A stretch of 64,000 bases of DNA from Spirochaetota bacterium (GTDB taxonomy: Bacteria; Spirochaetota; UBA4802; JAFGDQ01): contig JAZDKB010000019.1 of assembly GCA_043803405.1 (NCBI GenBank), positions 224,001 through 288,000 of the forward strand, written 5' to 3'. Position numbers and translations under genes: made by a program. The number at the start of each line of letters is the position of its first letter. Position 1 is the first letter of the stretch. The notes beneath the pieces were generated by a model. The model saw only the letters and a list, made by a program, of their open reading frames with translations. It was not told the DNA's origin and searched no databases. Positions 1 to 11,348 of the stretch are shown in pieces.

Positions 1-1
1 G

Positions 2-457
2 CAGAAAGCAGTTGAGACAGGAGTCAGCAAAATTATCCCTGTGGTGACTGAGCGGACAATACCTGTTATAGAGAGAAACAGTAGCAGAAAAGCGCGGTGG
101 GAAAAGATAGCCTCGGCTGCAGCCAAGCAATGTATGCGAAAGGATATCCCTGTTGTAGCAGACGTTATTACTTTCAGCGAAGCTGTGTCGAAAGACAGGT
201 CTGGTACTAAAATTATCGCGCATCCTGAGCAGCGAAGTATCGATATTAAACAATATTTTACTCAAAAAGAAAAAACAAAGGATGTTTCCTTGCTGATAGG
301 CCCCGAAGGAGGTTTTACGGATAAGGAGGTTGATCTGGCAGAAGAAAACGGATGGAACAGCGTTATTTTCGGCTTTACATCGCTCAGGGCCGAAACAGCT
401 TCAATAGTGTTTCCCGCAATTGTTATATATGAATGGAGCAGCGCAGGTGGACATTAA
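2..457 (+). CDS. rsmE: 16S rRNA m3U1498 methyltransferase, 5'-truncated by window edge
   Basis: Frame open from base 2 (QKAVETGVSKIIPVVTER); AAKQCMR, LLIGPEGGFT and LRAETA SPOUT motifs. Confidence 0.93.
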   Translation, partial: QKAVETGVSKIIPVVTERTIPVIERNSSRKARWEKIASAAAKQCMRKDIPVVADVITFSEAVSKDRSGTKIIAHPEQRSIDIKQYFTQKEKTKDVSLLIGPEGGFTDKEVDLAEENGWNSVIFGFTSLRAETASIVFPAIVIYEWSSAGGH

Positions 458-650
458 AGTTAACGGCAGAAATATATATATACAATCTGAGACCCTATCG
501 ATTAATTACCTTTTAAGGCATTTAAAAATAAAGTCAGCAATGGTTGTAATCGAAAAGAACGGTGTTTTAATCGATAAGGATAATTATGATACTGAACATG
601 TAACCGACGGCGACGTTGTTGAAATAGTACAGTTCGTAGGCGGAGGATAA
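447..650 (+). CDS. thiS: Sulfur carrier protein ThiS
   Basis: Ubiquitin-like size, C-terminal EIVQFVGGG; likely GTG start at 447 after GGAG; directly upstream of thiE. Confidence 0.88.
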   Translation: MDIKVNGRNIYIQSETLSINYLLRHLKIKSAMVVIEKNGVLIDKDNYDTEHVTDGDVVEIVQFVGGG

Positions 651-657
651 AGCATAA

Positions 658-1704
658 ATGGACTCAAGGATATATGCGGCAATAGATGCGAACATAAACA
701 GATCGCTCGAAGGAATAAGAGTATGCGAAGACATATTCCGATTTGTCGCGCGTAATAAAGTATTATCAGTTAAGCTGAAGGATATCCGGCACAATATAGC
801 AGATGCAATAAAAGCATTTTCATATAAAGGCCTCCTGAGTAGCAGGGACGTAGATAACGATTCCCAGAAGTTTGTTGATTTAGACAGCGAAAAGAAAAGA
901 GACAATCTTCAGGATATACTGAAAAGTAATTTGCACAGGGCAATGGAAGCGATGAGATCCGTCGAGGAGTTCTATAAGCTGCTGCACGCAAAATCAGATG
1001 AAAATCCTTTTCAGAAAATCAGGTTTTCTCTTTATTCGATTGAAAAAGAATTAATCTCTTGTTTAATAAGAAACGGAAAACATAAAAAATTTAAAAATTC
1101 GTTATATGCTATTCTTGATTCTTCTTTTGTAAAGAATGAAGAATATTTAAACGCAGCTCAAAGACTTATCAAAGGCGGAGCATCAATAATACAGCTTCGA
1201 ATGAAAAATCATTCGCAAGGAAAAATACTGGAAGTTGCAAAAGAAATATCCGGTCTTTGCAAAGAAAACAATGTATTGCTTATTATTAATGACTATCCGG
1301 ACATTGCATATCTATCCGGTGCGGACGGTGTGCATCTTGGGCAGGATGACCTGCCGGTTATAGAGGTAAGGCGTCTTTTCCCAATGGATATGATTATCGG
1401 GATCTCGACCCATTCCAGAGAGCAGGCTGTTGTTGCCGCAAGGTGCGAACCGGATTACATTGCCATCGGGCCGGTGTATAACACAAAGACTAAAAATAAT
1501 CAAAATATTAACGGGATAGGGGAGGATGTTGTCAGGGAAGTTTCAGGAGGCACTGATATTCCTGTCGTTGCTATCGGCGGCCTTAACCCGGAAAGGATCG
1601 GTATATTGAAAACGCTCAGATGCGGATGTTATGCAGTTGTTTCGTATTTGTATAAAGATGATAAAATTGAAGATAATTGCAGGGGAATAACGGGGATACT
1701 TTAA
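658..1704 (+). CDS. thiE: Thiamine-phosphate synthase with N-terminal helical extension (long, cyanobacterial-type ThiE)
   Basis: QLRMK, IIND, GVHLGQDD, GISTHS, YIAIGPVYNTKTK, VAIGG motifs; N-terminal IDANINRSLEGIRVCED domain. Confidence 0.92.
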   Translation: MDSRIYAAIDANINRSLEGIRVCEDIFRFVARNKVLSVKLKDIRHNIADAIKAFSYKGLLSSRDVDNDSQKFVDLDSEKKRDNLQDILKSNLHRAMEAMRSVEEFYKLLHAKSDENPFQKIRFSLYSIEKELISCLIRNGKHKKFKNSLYAILDSSFVKNEEYLNAAQRLIKGGASIIQLRMKNHSQGKILEVAKEISGLCKENNVLLIINDYPDIAYLSGADGVHLGQDDLPVIEVRRLFPMDMIIGISTHSREQAVVAARCEPDYIAIGPVYNTKTKNNQNINGIGEDVVREVSGGTDIPVVAIGGLNPERIGILKTLRCGCYAVVSYLYKDDKIEDNCRGITGIL

Positions 1705-1820
1705 GCGGTATTTTTTTATTGACAGAAGGATTTAAATTATAACTACTTTTTGTAAATTAAAGCATTTATTGTAACATGCGTTTTAAATATGAAAGATATA
1801 TTTGTTAAATAGGATAAATT

Positions 1821-2531
1821 ATGACACTTGTCTGGATACCGAATTCATTAACTCTGGGGAATCTGCTTTTTGGATTTATCTCGCTTATATTTTCAAGTCT
1901 GGGCACTCAACAGGGATATTTCATAGCCGGTTTTTTAATTCTTGCTGCAGGTCTTTTAGACGGGCTTGACGGCCCGGCCGCCAGAGCGCTGAAAGTCTCA
2001 AGCCCGCTGGGCAAAGAGCTCGACTCCCTGGCGGATTGTGTTGCATTCGGCATAGCCCCGGGTTTTTTAAGTTATAATTCATATCTTACCGGAATCCATA
2101 ATTCTTTCTTTAGCTTTCCGATAGATTTAGGTATGCTTATAGCCGCAGTATTTCCGGTTTGCGCTGCTTACAGGCTCGCAAGGTTTAATATATTATCCGA
2201 TTCAAGTTCATTTGTAGGTCTTCCGGCACCTGCAGCAGGAATAATTATAGCGCTTTTCCATGTATATAATATCGAGATGCCCAAATTGTTGTTTGCCGTG
2301 ATTTTTATCGCATTAGGGCTATTGATGGTATCCACTGTCAGGTATTCCAAGCCGAAATCCTCATATATATTTGAGAATATTCACGGCATTAAATTAATAA
2401 TATTTGCCGTCATCATCATTCTTATTGTTATCTTCTTTAAAAAATGGACTGTTTTTATTTTTATATCTTTTTATATACTATCCGGCCTTTTAAGTTTTGT
2501 TATCCAGTTTATCCAGGAACATAAATACTGA
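1821..2531 (+). CDS. pssA: CDP-diacylglycerol--serine O-phosphatidyltransferase
   Basis: PNSLTLGN, DGLDGPAAR...GKELDSLAD CDP-alcohol phosphotransferase motif, RLARFN. Confidence 0.88.
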   Translation: MTLVWIPNSLTLGNLLFGFISLIFSSLGTQQGYFIAGFLILAAGLLDGLDGPAARALKVSSPLGKELDSLADCVAFGIAPGFLSYNSYLTGIHNSFFSFPIDLGMLIAAVFPVCAAYRLARFNILSDSSSFVGLPAPAAGIIIALFHVYNIEMPKLLFAVIFIALGLLMVSTVRYSKPKSSYIFENIHGIKLIIFAVIIILIVIFFKKWTVFIFISFYILSGLLSFVIQFIQEHKY

Positions 2532-2578
2532 TTTAATAACTTTTAAAATATTTACTGCGTATCGTTTAAAATAAACCC

Positions 2579-3052
2579 ATGAATAAATTTTCGCATTACT
2601 CAGATGACGGATCGTCCAGAATGGTCGATATAAGCGGCAAAAAAGTTACGCTTAGAACAGCGAAGGCCTCCGCTTTTGTTAAAATGCAGCCGGCCACCCT
2701 GGACTTAATAGAAAACAAACTGATTCCCAAAGGCAATGTTTTTGAAGTAGCAAAAATTGCCGGTATAATAGCCGCAAAGAAAACTTCTGAACTCATTCCG
2801 ATGTGCCATCCGCTATTGCTTTCGCATGTTGATGTAAAAATCTCTCTGGATAGAAAAAAAGAAGGGGTGATGTTGGAATCTGAAATAAAACTGGAAGGTA
2901 AAACAGGAGTCGAAATGGAAGCGTTAACAGCGGTCTCGGTTGCCGCATTAACAATTTATGATATGTGTAAAGCAGTAGATAAAAATATGGTAATAGAAAA
3001 TATTAAACTTATTGAAAAAAAAGGAGGAAAATCTGATTTTATAATTAAGTAA
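2579..3052 (+). CDS. moaC: Cyclic pyranopterin monophosphate synthase
   Basis: MVDIS, LIPMCHP, TGVEMEALT, TIYDMCKA, KKGGKS motifs. Confidence 0.96.
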   Translation: MNKFSHYSDDGSSRMVDISGKKVTLRTAKASAFVKMQPATLDLIENKLIPKGNVFEVAKIAGIIAAKKTSELIPMCHPLLLSHVDVKISLDRKKEGVMLESEIKLEGKTGVEMEALTAVSVAALTIYDMCKAVDKNMVIENIKLIEKKGGKSDFIIK

Positions 3053-3196
3053 CCGCAAAAATTACAAAAATAAAAAAATTTTATTGTTGTAATTTTTAAT
3101 CATATTTGATAATAAACGCCCATAATTTAATAATATTATTTATAAACAGCTTCTATCGAATTTGCGAAATTATAATATATAATATAAAATTAATTG

Positions 3197-3222
3197 TTAG
3201 CACTCAACAAGATGAGTGCTAA
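3197..3222. promoter_or_regulatory. CIRCE element (HrcA operator)
   Basis: TTAGCACTC-aacaagat-GAGTGCTAA upstream of groES; arms perfect, spacer 8 nt. Confidence 0.9.
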
Positions 3223-3444
3223 CAAAACTAATCGCAATGCTTCTCAAATATTTAATATAAAGTTAAATCTTACAAATTAGCTGGTTATTCCTGCTTACAG
3301 CTAGGATAACTGCAAGTCACCTGCTATATATTGAGAAGTTACGAAAAACTTTTGTTTAAAATAAAACTAATTAAAATATTTTATATTACTTAAACAAAGT
3401 AAAATAATATAAAAATTACAAAATAAAAATTAAGGAGGACCAAC

Positions 3445-3729
3445 GTGGCTATTAAACCATTAGGTGATCGTGTATTAATTGAGGTTCTTGAAGACGAACT
3501 TCAGAAACAAGGTGGCCTGTATATACCCGATACAGCGAAGGAAAAGCCCCAGGAAGGCAAAGTAAAAGCTATTGGAAAAGGCAGATATGAAGACGGTAAA
3601 CTTGTTCCATTAGATGTGAAGGTTGGAGACAAAGTTCTTTATGGAAAATACTCCGGTACTGAAATAAAACATGATGGCAAAGAGTATTTAATCGTCAGAG
3701 AAAGCGATATATTAGCAGTAATTGACTAA
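3445..3729 (+). CDS. groES: Co-chaperonin GroES
   Basis: [43 protein letters not shown] start. Confidence 0.98.
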   Translation: MAIKPLGDRVLIEVLEDELQKQGGLYIPDTAKEKPQEGKVKAIGKGRYEDGKLVPLDVKVGDKVLYGKYSGTEIKHDGKEYLIVRESDILAVID

Positions 3730-3735
3730 AAATAA

Positions 3736-5394
<1,659 letters not shown>

Positions 5395-5429
5395 ATAGCC
5401 GTGATATAAAGAATTAAAAATTCGAAATT

Positions 5430-5467
5430 AAATAAAAAAGGGGCATTTAAGTGCCCCTTTTTTATTT
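5430..5467. terminator. Bidirectional intrinsic terminator between groEL and the convergent GT2 gene
   Basis: aaataaaaaaggggcat-ttaa-gtgccccttttttattt inverted repeat with A/T tracts on both sides. Confidence 0.85.
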
Positions 5468-5483
5468 GTATTAAAATGATAAA

Positions 5484-6443
5484 TTAAATATTAATCGTTT
5501 CCCTGATTTTATATGGAGCCTCGTTCCTTGTTTCATGATATACTCTCGTTAGCAATTCCGCAAGAATCCCCAGTAAAAAGAACATCACGCTCAGGATAAT
5601 GAGCATTACAGTTAACAGCAAAAGAGGATTGCGTATCATTGACTGATCCTGCGCTATTTTCATTGCAATTACACTGACCCCGCTTATGCTGCTTGAAAAG
5701 AGCAGAAAAATTCCTATGCCCCCGAAAAAATAAATCGGTTTAGTGGAATACGATCCCAGAAATTTTATAGTTATCAAATCCAAAAGGACTTTAAATGTCC
5801 TGATTAAACCATATTTTGACTTTCCGAATTTCCTGGCATGATGTTTTACCGGGATTTCCGTAATCTTGGCTCCTAACCACGATGCGTGGACGGGAATGAA
5901 TCTGTGCATTTCTCCGTAAAGTTTTACCTGTCGGAGCAGGTCCCCTCTGTATGCCTGTGAAGACCCGATATCGTGTATATGCACTTTGCTGACCCTTGAG
6001 ATTATCCAGTTTGCTATTTTTGAAACAAGTTTACGGGAAAATAATTTATCTTGTCTGTCTTTTCTCCAACCGCTTACAACATCATATCCTTCTTCTATTT
6101 TATTTGTCAGTTTTTTTATATCCTCAGCGTCGTTCTGGAGGTCGGAGTCCATAATTATTATTATCTGACCGCATGAGTTATCTATTCCGGCTGCAAGGGC
6201 GGCGGTTTGGCCGAAATTTCTTCTGAATCTGATTATTTTAACATTTTTATTTTTTTTGGCAATTTTACTCAGGAGATCAAATGATGTGTCAGTACTGCCG
6301 TCATCAACAAAGATTATTTCATAAGTCTTTTTTAGCGGCACTATCGATTTTAATATATCCTCATATTGCAATGAAATATTTTCTTCTTCATTGAAAACTG
6401 GCAGTACAATGGAAAGATACGTATTTTTATTTTTTTTTCTCAT
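5484..6443 (-). CDS. GT2 polyprenol-phosphate glycosyltransferase (ArnC/DPM-like)
   Basis: SIVLPVFNEE, FVDDGSTD, RRNFGQTAA, MDSDLQND, two C-terminal TM helices. Confidence 0.9.
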   Translation of the reverse strand: MRKKNKNTYLSIVLPVFNEEENISLQYEDILKSIVPLKKTYEIIFVDDGSTDTSFDLLSKIAKKNKNVKIIRFRRNFGQTAALAAGIDNSCGQIIIIMDSDLQNDAEDIKKLTNKIEEGYDVVSGWRKDRQDKLFSRKLVSKIANWIISRVSKVHIHDIGSSQAYRGDLLRQVKLYGEMHRFIPVHASWLGAKITEIPVKHHARKFGKSKYGLIRTFKVLLDLITIKFLGSYSTKPIYFFGGIGIFLLFSSSISGVSVIAMKIAQDQSMIRNPLLLLTVMLIILSVMFFLLGILAELLTRVYHETRNEAPYKIRETINI

Positions 6444-6539
6444 ATTTACTTTGCTGATGGTTTAATTTTTAATAAACTATAAAATTTATAATAATTTAAA
6501 ACTATTTGCTCCCGAGAACAATCGTGGAAAATATTATCT

Positions 6540-8522
6540 TTATTTAGCTTCAGTCATTTTAATATAATCATAAGTAACATTAAAAGCTTCCTTTAAAAAC
6601 AGGTCATGTTCTATGTCAATTAATTTGCTGTCGGTACGCGAATGTTTTTCTTTTTTTTCAATATCTTTTAATTCCTGATTCTCAATTTTTGCCTGTTCCT
6701 TAAGGCTTATTGTTTTTTCTTTTCTTTTGGCCAGGAGATTTTTTATCTTTTTCCCCAATTCAATAAATTCTTTGCTTGAATCAATTCTTTTGGAAGATAA
6801 TCTTTTTAAAGCAGCAATTACATTATTAGTTAAATATTTGTCATAGGGTAAATATTGCGCTTTTTCAATTTTTTCCCATTTCAATGCATTGCGCAGCTTG
6901 CTTTCGCCAATATCCCATATGGAACTCATATCCGGAACCAGGATGTCGGGCTCAATGCCGTTTAACTGATTTGATGAACCGCCCGGTTGATAAAAAAGAG
7001 CTGTAGTAATTTTCATAGCTCCGTTTTTTCCAGGCAAAGCATTATAAGTCTGTACCGAGCCTTTTCCGAATGTGCTTGCAGGCCCGATTACTATGCCTCT
7101 TTTGTAATCTTTAATTGCGCCCGCAAAAATTTCTGAAGCGCTGGCGCTGAATTTATCAATAAGAATTACGATCGGCCCATTATAATATACCCCCGGGTCT
7201 TTGTCTTCCATAACTTCAGCATTATTTTTTCCTATTAATATTTGCACTATTGGGCCTTCGTTAATAAACATTCCGGCGATATTAACAGCTTCATTGAGGG
7301 CGCCGCCGGGATTTCCCCGCAAATCGATTACCATGCCCTGTATGCCTTTGCTTTTTAATTTATTGATCTGAACCTTCATATCATTCGAGGATTTTTTTGC
7401 GTTAGGATCGTTACTGTTTACTGCATCGAAATCCATATAAAAAGAAGGGAGCTGAATATAGCCTATTTTTACTTCTGATTTGTCCTTAACTATCGGGTAT
7501 ATGTCCGATTTAGCGGCTTTATCTTCAAGAGTTATTTCTTCCCTGGTAATGGGAATCAGCAGCCGCTGCTGCTTGTTTTGTTCGCTTATCTGTCTTAATA
7601 TTGTTAGCTTTACAATTGTACTTTTTTTTCCTCTGATAAGGTTGACGACATCTCTTAACGCCATATCCGTTACGTCAACCGGCTCATCATTTGCCTGGGC
7701 AACGCCGACTATTTTATCGTCCGGCTTCAGTTGCAGTTCTTTAGGAAGTTTTGAAGCCGGCCCGTTCGGAATTATGCTCTCAACAGTGATGAAGCCGTCC
7801 TCGGAACGAAGCAGAACCCCGATTCCTTCCAGCTTCAAATTCGTTGATATCTGGAAGTCCTCATGTTCTTCCTGGGTTAAATAATTTGTATGCGGATCAA
7901 GTGCTGTCGTAAAAGAATTAAGGAAAATAGCCAGCATTCTTTCATTATTAATTTCGTCTATACGTTTTTGAGATATCTGGTACTTCTTTTTCAGTTTTTC
8001 CTTTGCTGCTTTAATATCTTTTTCCGAAGAGAGCTGGTTTAAAAGCTGCAGTTTGATATTTTTTCTCCATCTCTCTTTCATCTCTTCTTTGGTTTTGGAG
8101 TAATCGATTTTTTCGCTGTCAATAATTATGCTTTCATCTTTGTCGAAGTCATAATTTATTTTGATAAGTTCATTGAAAATTGTTAAGTTTTCACGGAATC
8201 TTGTTTTATATGTTTCTTGGATCTGGAAAATAAATGAAAAGTCATTTGCATTTACATAATCGTCGATATCATTCTTATGTTTCATGAATGCGTCGATATC
8301 GCTTTTATAAAAATAATTTTTTCCCGGATCAAGGTAATTTATTAAATTATTCAGTGTTTTTTCTGATATTTCATCGGTAAATTGATTATTCATAATATGT
8401 CTTGACAGGAAAATGCTTATTAGAGGTTCAATTTCATCCTGTTTAAGGCCGTTGGTCTTTTTAGTGCAGCCAAAAAGCACTAATGTTATTATTATAAACG
8501 TAACTAATCTTTTATGTCGCAT
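6540..8522 (-). CDS. prc: Carboxy-terminal (tail-specific) S41 protease with PDZ domain, probable lipoprotein
   Basis: LDPHTNY, LEGIG, DLRGNPGG, SASASE (catalytic Ser), FGKGSVQ (Lys); LFGC lipobox. Confidence 0.9.
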   Translation of the reverse strand: MRHKRLVTFIIITLVLFGCTKKTNGLKQDEIEPLISIFLSRHIMNNQFTDEISEKTLNNLINYLDPGKNYFYKSDIDAFMKHKNDIDDYVNANDFSFIFQIQETYKTRFRENLTIFNELIKINYDFDKDESIIIDSEKIDYSKTKEEMKERWRKNIKLQLLNQLSSEKDIKAAKEKLKKKYQISQKRIDEINNERMLAIFLNSFTTALDPHTNYLTQEEHEDFQISTNLKLEGIGVLLRSEDGFITVESIIPNGPASKLPKELQLKPDDKIVGVAQANDEPVDVTDMALRDVVNLIRGKKSTIVKLTILRQISEQNKQQRLLIPITREEITLEDKAAKSDIYPIVKDKSEVKIGYIQLPSFYMDFDAVNSNDPNAKKSSNDMKVQINKLKSKGIQGMVIDLRGNPGGALNEAVNIAGMFINEGPIVQILIGKNNAEVMEDKDPGVYYNGPIVILIDKFSASASEIFAGAIKDYKRGIVIGPASTFGKGSVQTYNALPGKNGAMKITTALFYQPGGSSNQLNGIEPDILVPDMSSIWDIGESKLRNALKWEKIEKAQYLPYDKYLTNNVIAALKRLSSKRIDSSKEFIELGKKIKNLLAKRKEKTISLKEQAKIENQELKDIEKKEKHSRTDSKLIDIEHDLFLKEAFNVTYDYIKMTEAK

Positions 8523-8705
8523 TGATTACAGTAACTCCTGTTCAGGTTATAATGAAATTCAATGTAAAATGGAATAGAGTACAAATTTTTGCCGATTAGT
8601 CAATCGATTATTTATTAAAGAAAAATTTATTTGACCAAATACTTTAATATTAAAAGATAGAGATATATAATATCGTTTTTAATAAATAATATTCAGGTAT
8701 TTTTT

Positions 8706-9221
8706 ATGCGTTTAAAAACTGCATTTGGTTTTGCAATAAGATTAAATTTTATATTATTTTGTTTTATTATATCGTGCAATACTTATCCGGAGATAAGTAT
8801 TAATAAGAAAAATTTTCCGGCAAAGATTGTTAAGAAAGAAAAAAGCGGTAATCCTGACGGAATATTAAAATATTATAAAGCGTCAGCAGAAAAGAGTTAT
8901 CCGGCTGAGCCGCAAAAATATTACAGGCTTTATCATAAAAGATATTTTACGAAATATTTTTTCTGTACACCGGCGGCGGATATAAATAATTCGGGCGTTG
9001 ATTATGCTTTGAAGGGAATGTATCCGGAAGCAGAAATATTGTTCTGCGAAGTTATTAAAGAAAATTGCGATGATCCGTCAGCATTAAATAATCTCGGTAT
9101 AATTTACGAATTAAGCAATAATATTAAGGCTTTCGATATGTATTCAAAAGCATGTTTGCTTAATCCGGGTAATGAATTTTTCAGATTGAATTATTTAAAT
9201 TATTGCGATAATAATTTGTAA
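8706..9221 (+). CDS. Small TPR-containing putative lipoprotein
   Basis: Hydrophobic N-terminus ending FIISC; TPR-like NNSGVDYALKG and ALNNLGIIYE segments. Confidence 0.6.
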   Translation: MRLKTAFGFAIRLNFILFCFIISCNTYPEISINKKNFPAKIVKKEKSGNPDGILKYYKASAEKSYPAEPQKYYRLYHKRYFTKYFFCTPAADINNSGVDYALKGMYPEAEILFCEVIKENCDDPSALNNLGIIYELSNNIKAFDMYSKACLLNPGNEFFRLNYLNYCDNNL

Positions 9222-9294
9222 TTGCCTGATTATTAAATTATAAATAATTTTCTGTATATTTCACAAATCAATTTTGTAAACGGATAACGATAAA

Positions 9295-10290
9295 ATGTTA
9301 ATAGATAGTTTTTCCAGAAAGCTGGATTATTTGCGGGTCTCAATAACCGATAAATGCAATCTGCGATGCAGCTACTGCATGCCGCCCGAAGGGCTTGAGC
9401 TTCTGGAGCATGATGAAGTTCTTAGAAATGAAGAATTCATTTATCTTATAAGGATATTTGCAGACCTCGGCATAAAAAAAGTCCGCTTTACAGGCGGGGA
9501 GCCCCTGGTTCGCAAAGGATTTCTTGATATAGTTGAGGGAACCCGTGAAGCTTCGCCTGATCTTGAACTTTGCTTAACTACAAACGGAGTGCTGCTTGAT
9601 AAAGTAATACCTGATTTGAAAAGATTAAGCGTTAAAAAACTGAACATAAGCCTTGATACTTTATCACAGGATGAATTTAAAAAAATTACCGGAAGAGATT
9701 ATTTTAACAAAGTAATATCAAACATTGAAAATGCAATAAGTATGGATTATTTTGAAGTTAAAATTAATTGCGTACTGCGTGAAGATACATTAAATGAACT
9801 GGATGATTTTCTTGAATATTTTAAAGATAAAAAGGCTATTCTAAGATTTATTGAAAAAATGCCGTTTTCTCTGGATAAAAACAGCAGGCAGGTTTCATTT
9901 AATGATTTAATTGCCGAATTGGGAAAAAGAGGTAAGCTTGAGAGGAACAACAGCCTGGATACGAAAGTTGCGGTTATGTATAATCTTATTTATAAAAGTA
10001 TTTATACTATTAAAATAGGTGTTATACCCCCGATGTCGCATAATTTTTGCGCGAAATGCAACCGCCTCCGGCTGACATGCGACGGCTTTCTGAGAACATG
10101 CCTGCTTGCAAATAATGAGTACGACCTGAAAAGCGTATACAGAATGGATATGGGCGATAAAGCGTTAAAGGATTTTATTTTGCGCGCTGTAAGCGAAAAA
10201 CCGAAAGCTCACAACATGGATTGCAATAGCCCGGACGAAGGATGTTTCTCGCTGGTCTCACGCAGAAGAATGTCCGAAATAGGCGGATAA
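9295..10290 (+). CDS. moaA: GTP 3',8-cyclase MoaA
   Basis: YLRVSITDKCNLRCSYC radical SAM motif, FCAKCNRLRLT...C second cluster, C-terminal IGG. Confidence 0.96.
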   Translation: MLIDSFSRKLDYLRVSITDKCNLRCSYCMPPEGLELLEHDEVLRNEEFIYLIRIFADLGIKKVRFTGGEPLVRKGFLDIVEGTREASPDLELCLTTNGVLLDKVIPDLKRLSVKKLNISLDTLSQDEFKKITGRDYFNKVISNIENAISMDYFEVKINCVLREDTLNELDDFLEYFKDKKAILRFIEKMPFSLDKNSRQVSFNDLIAELGKRGKLERNNSLDTKVAVMYNLIYKSIYTIKIGVIPPMSHNFCAKCNRLRLTCDGFLRTCLLANNEYDLKSVYRMDMGDKALKDFILRAVSEKPKAHNMDCNSPDEGCFSLVSRRRMSEIGG

Positions 10291-10318
10291 TTTGCATCAT
10301 TAAAAAGCACGGTTCCTG

Positions 10319-10867
10319 TTACAGCTGGTACTGGCTTATTAAGTTTTCAAGCTCTTTAAGCTTTTTAATTAATTTTTCTTTTCCGCCGCTTTTGCTGCAT
10401 AAATTTTTCACTTCGGTTATTCCGTTTTTTATTTCCGACATATCTTCCGTTAATGCCTGCGATACCTGTGTTAAAGTAATGGAGCAGTCGTAAAGCTGAT
10501 CGCCTTCCCTGAGCGCCGTAAAGGTTTTTAAATTTTTATTTAAAATGTCTTTTAACGCCTCGTTAAAACGATAGAGAGGACCGGCAACTTTATGAGAAGC
10601 ATAAAGCACAAATACGGCAATAATAATTGAGGATACCAGCATATTAATAATCGATAATGTAAGTATAATAGGGAAAAGCATATCCTTGACATTCTTGTAA
10701 GTGACATGCGCCGAGAGCAAGTTGGTTTCTACTTCGCTGTTTAAAAAGATATATAAAAAGAAGCCGAATATTATCATTATCAGTATATTAATAATAATGA
10801 ATTTAGAGATTAACCTTACCTGGAACTCTCTATTAATAAGAATTATATGCCTTCTGTTCTTATCCAT
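10319..10867 (-). CDS. Small 2-TM membrane protein with HAMP-like segment and coiled-coil tail
   Basis: Two hydrophobic helices, SHKVAGPLYRF...LREGDQL HAMP-like motif; no MCP signalling or kinase domain. Confidence 0.7.
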   Translation of the reverse strand: MDKNRRHIILINREFQVRLISKFIIINILIMIIFGFFLYIFLNSEVETNLLSAHVTYKNVKDMLFPIILTLSIINMLVSSIIIAVFVLYASHKVAGPLYRFNEALKDILNKNLKTFTALREGDQLYDCSITLTQVSQALTEDMSEIKNGITEVKNLCSKSGGKEKLIKKLKELENLISQYQL

Positions 10868-10880
10868 TTTTTAATCCTCC

Positions 10881-11336
10881 TTAATGGCATGTTTTGCAAA
10901 GCTGGCCTTTATTGTTTTTTTTAATCAAATAATATGTTTTGTAATGCGGTTTACCGGAAAATATTTTTTCATAAAGACTTTCGGCCTTCCACGAATTACT
11001 ATCGTATCTGTTTTCTTTAAGGTTGTGACATGTAATGCATGTTAGTCTTTTTTTTCCGGTTAATATAAATTCTTCAGGGAGTTTTTCAACGATTTTATTG
11101 TTTATGGCATGGTGATTTTTTATTTCTTTATGACACGTTAAGCATTGAGGGGAGCAGGCCAGTGCCGGATCGCCTACTTTAATATTTTTACTGATTTTAT
11201 TGTGACAGGCTGCGCAATTATTTGCATCCTTCACAAAAGGATGGATTTTTATCGTTTCATTGTCGAAAGCTGCGGCAAAAACAGCCATAACCGATATGCC
11301 GGTTAAGAAAAATAAAATTTTTCGCCAGAGACGCAT
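10881..11336 (-). CDS. Exported tetraheme c-type cytochrome
   Basis: Signal peptide plus four CXXCH motifs (CAACH, CLTCH, CITCH, CKTCH). Confidence 0.88.
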   Translation of the reverse strand: MRLWRKILFFLTGISVMAVFAAAFDNETIKIHPFVKDANNCAACHNKISKNIKVGDPALACSPQCLTCHKEIKNHHAINNKIVEKLPEEFILTGKKRLTCITCHNLKENRYDSNSWKAESLYEKIFSGKPHYKTYYLIKKNNKGQLCKTCH

Positions 11337-11348
11337 TTATTTGCTCCG

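Noticed and set aside
1..660. TPP riboswitch for thiS-thiE
   Set aside because: thiS overlaps rsmE, leaving no leader, and no TPP consensus was seen
3277..3312. Alternative hairpins in the groES leader as an RNA thermometer
   Set aside because: Short imperfect stems more than 100 nt from the RBS; cannot be supported from sequence alone
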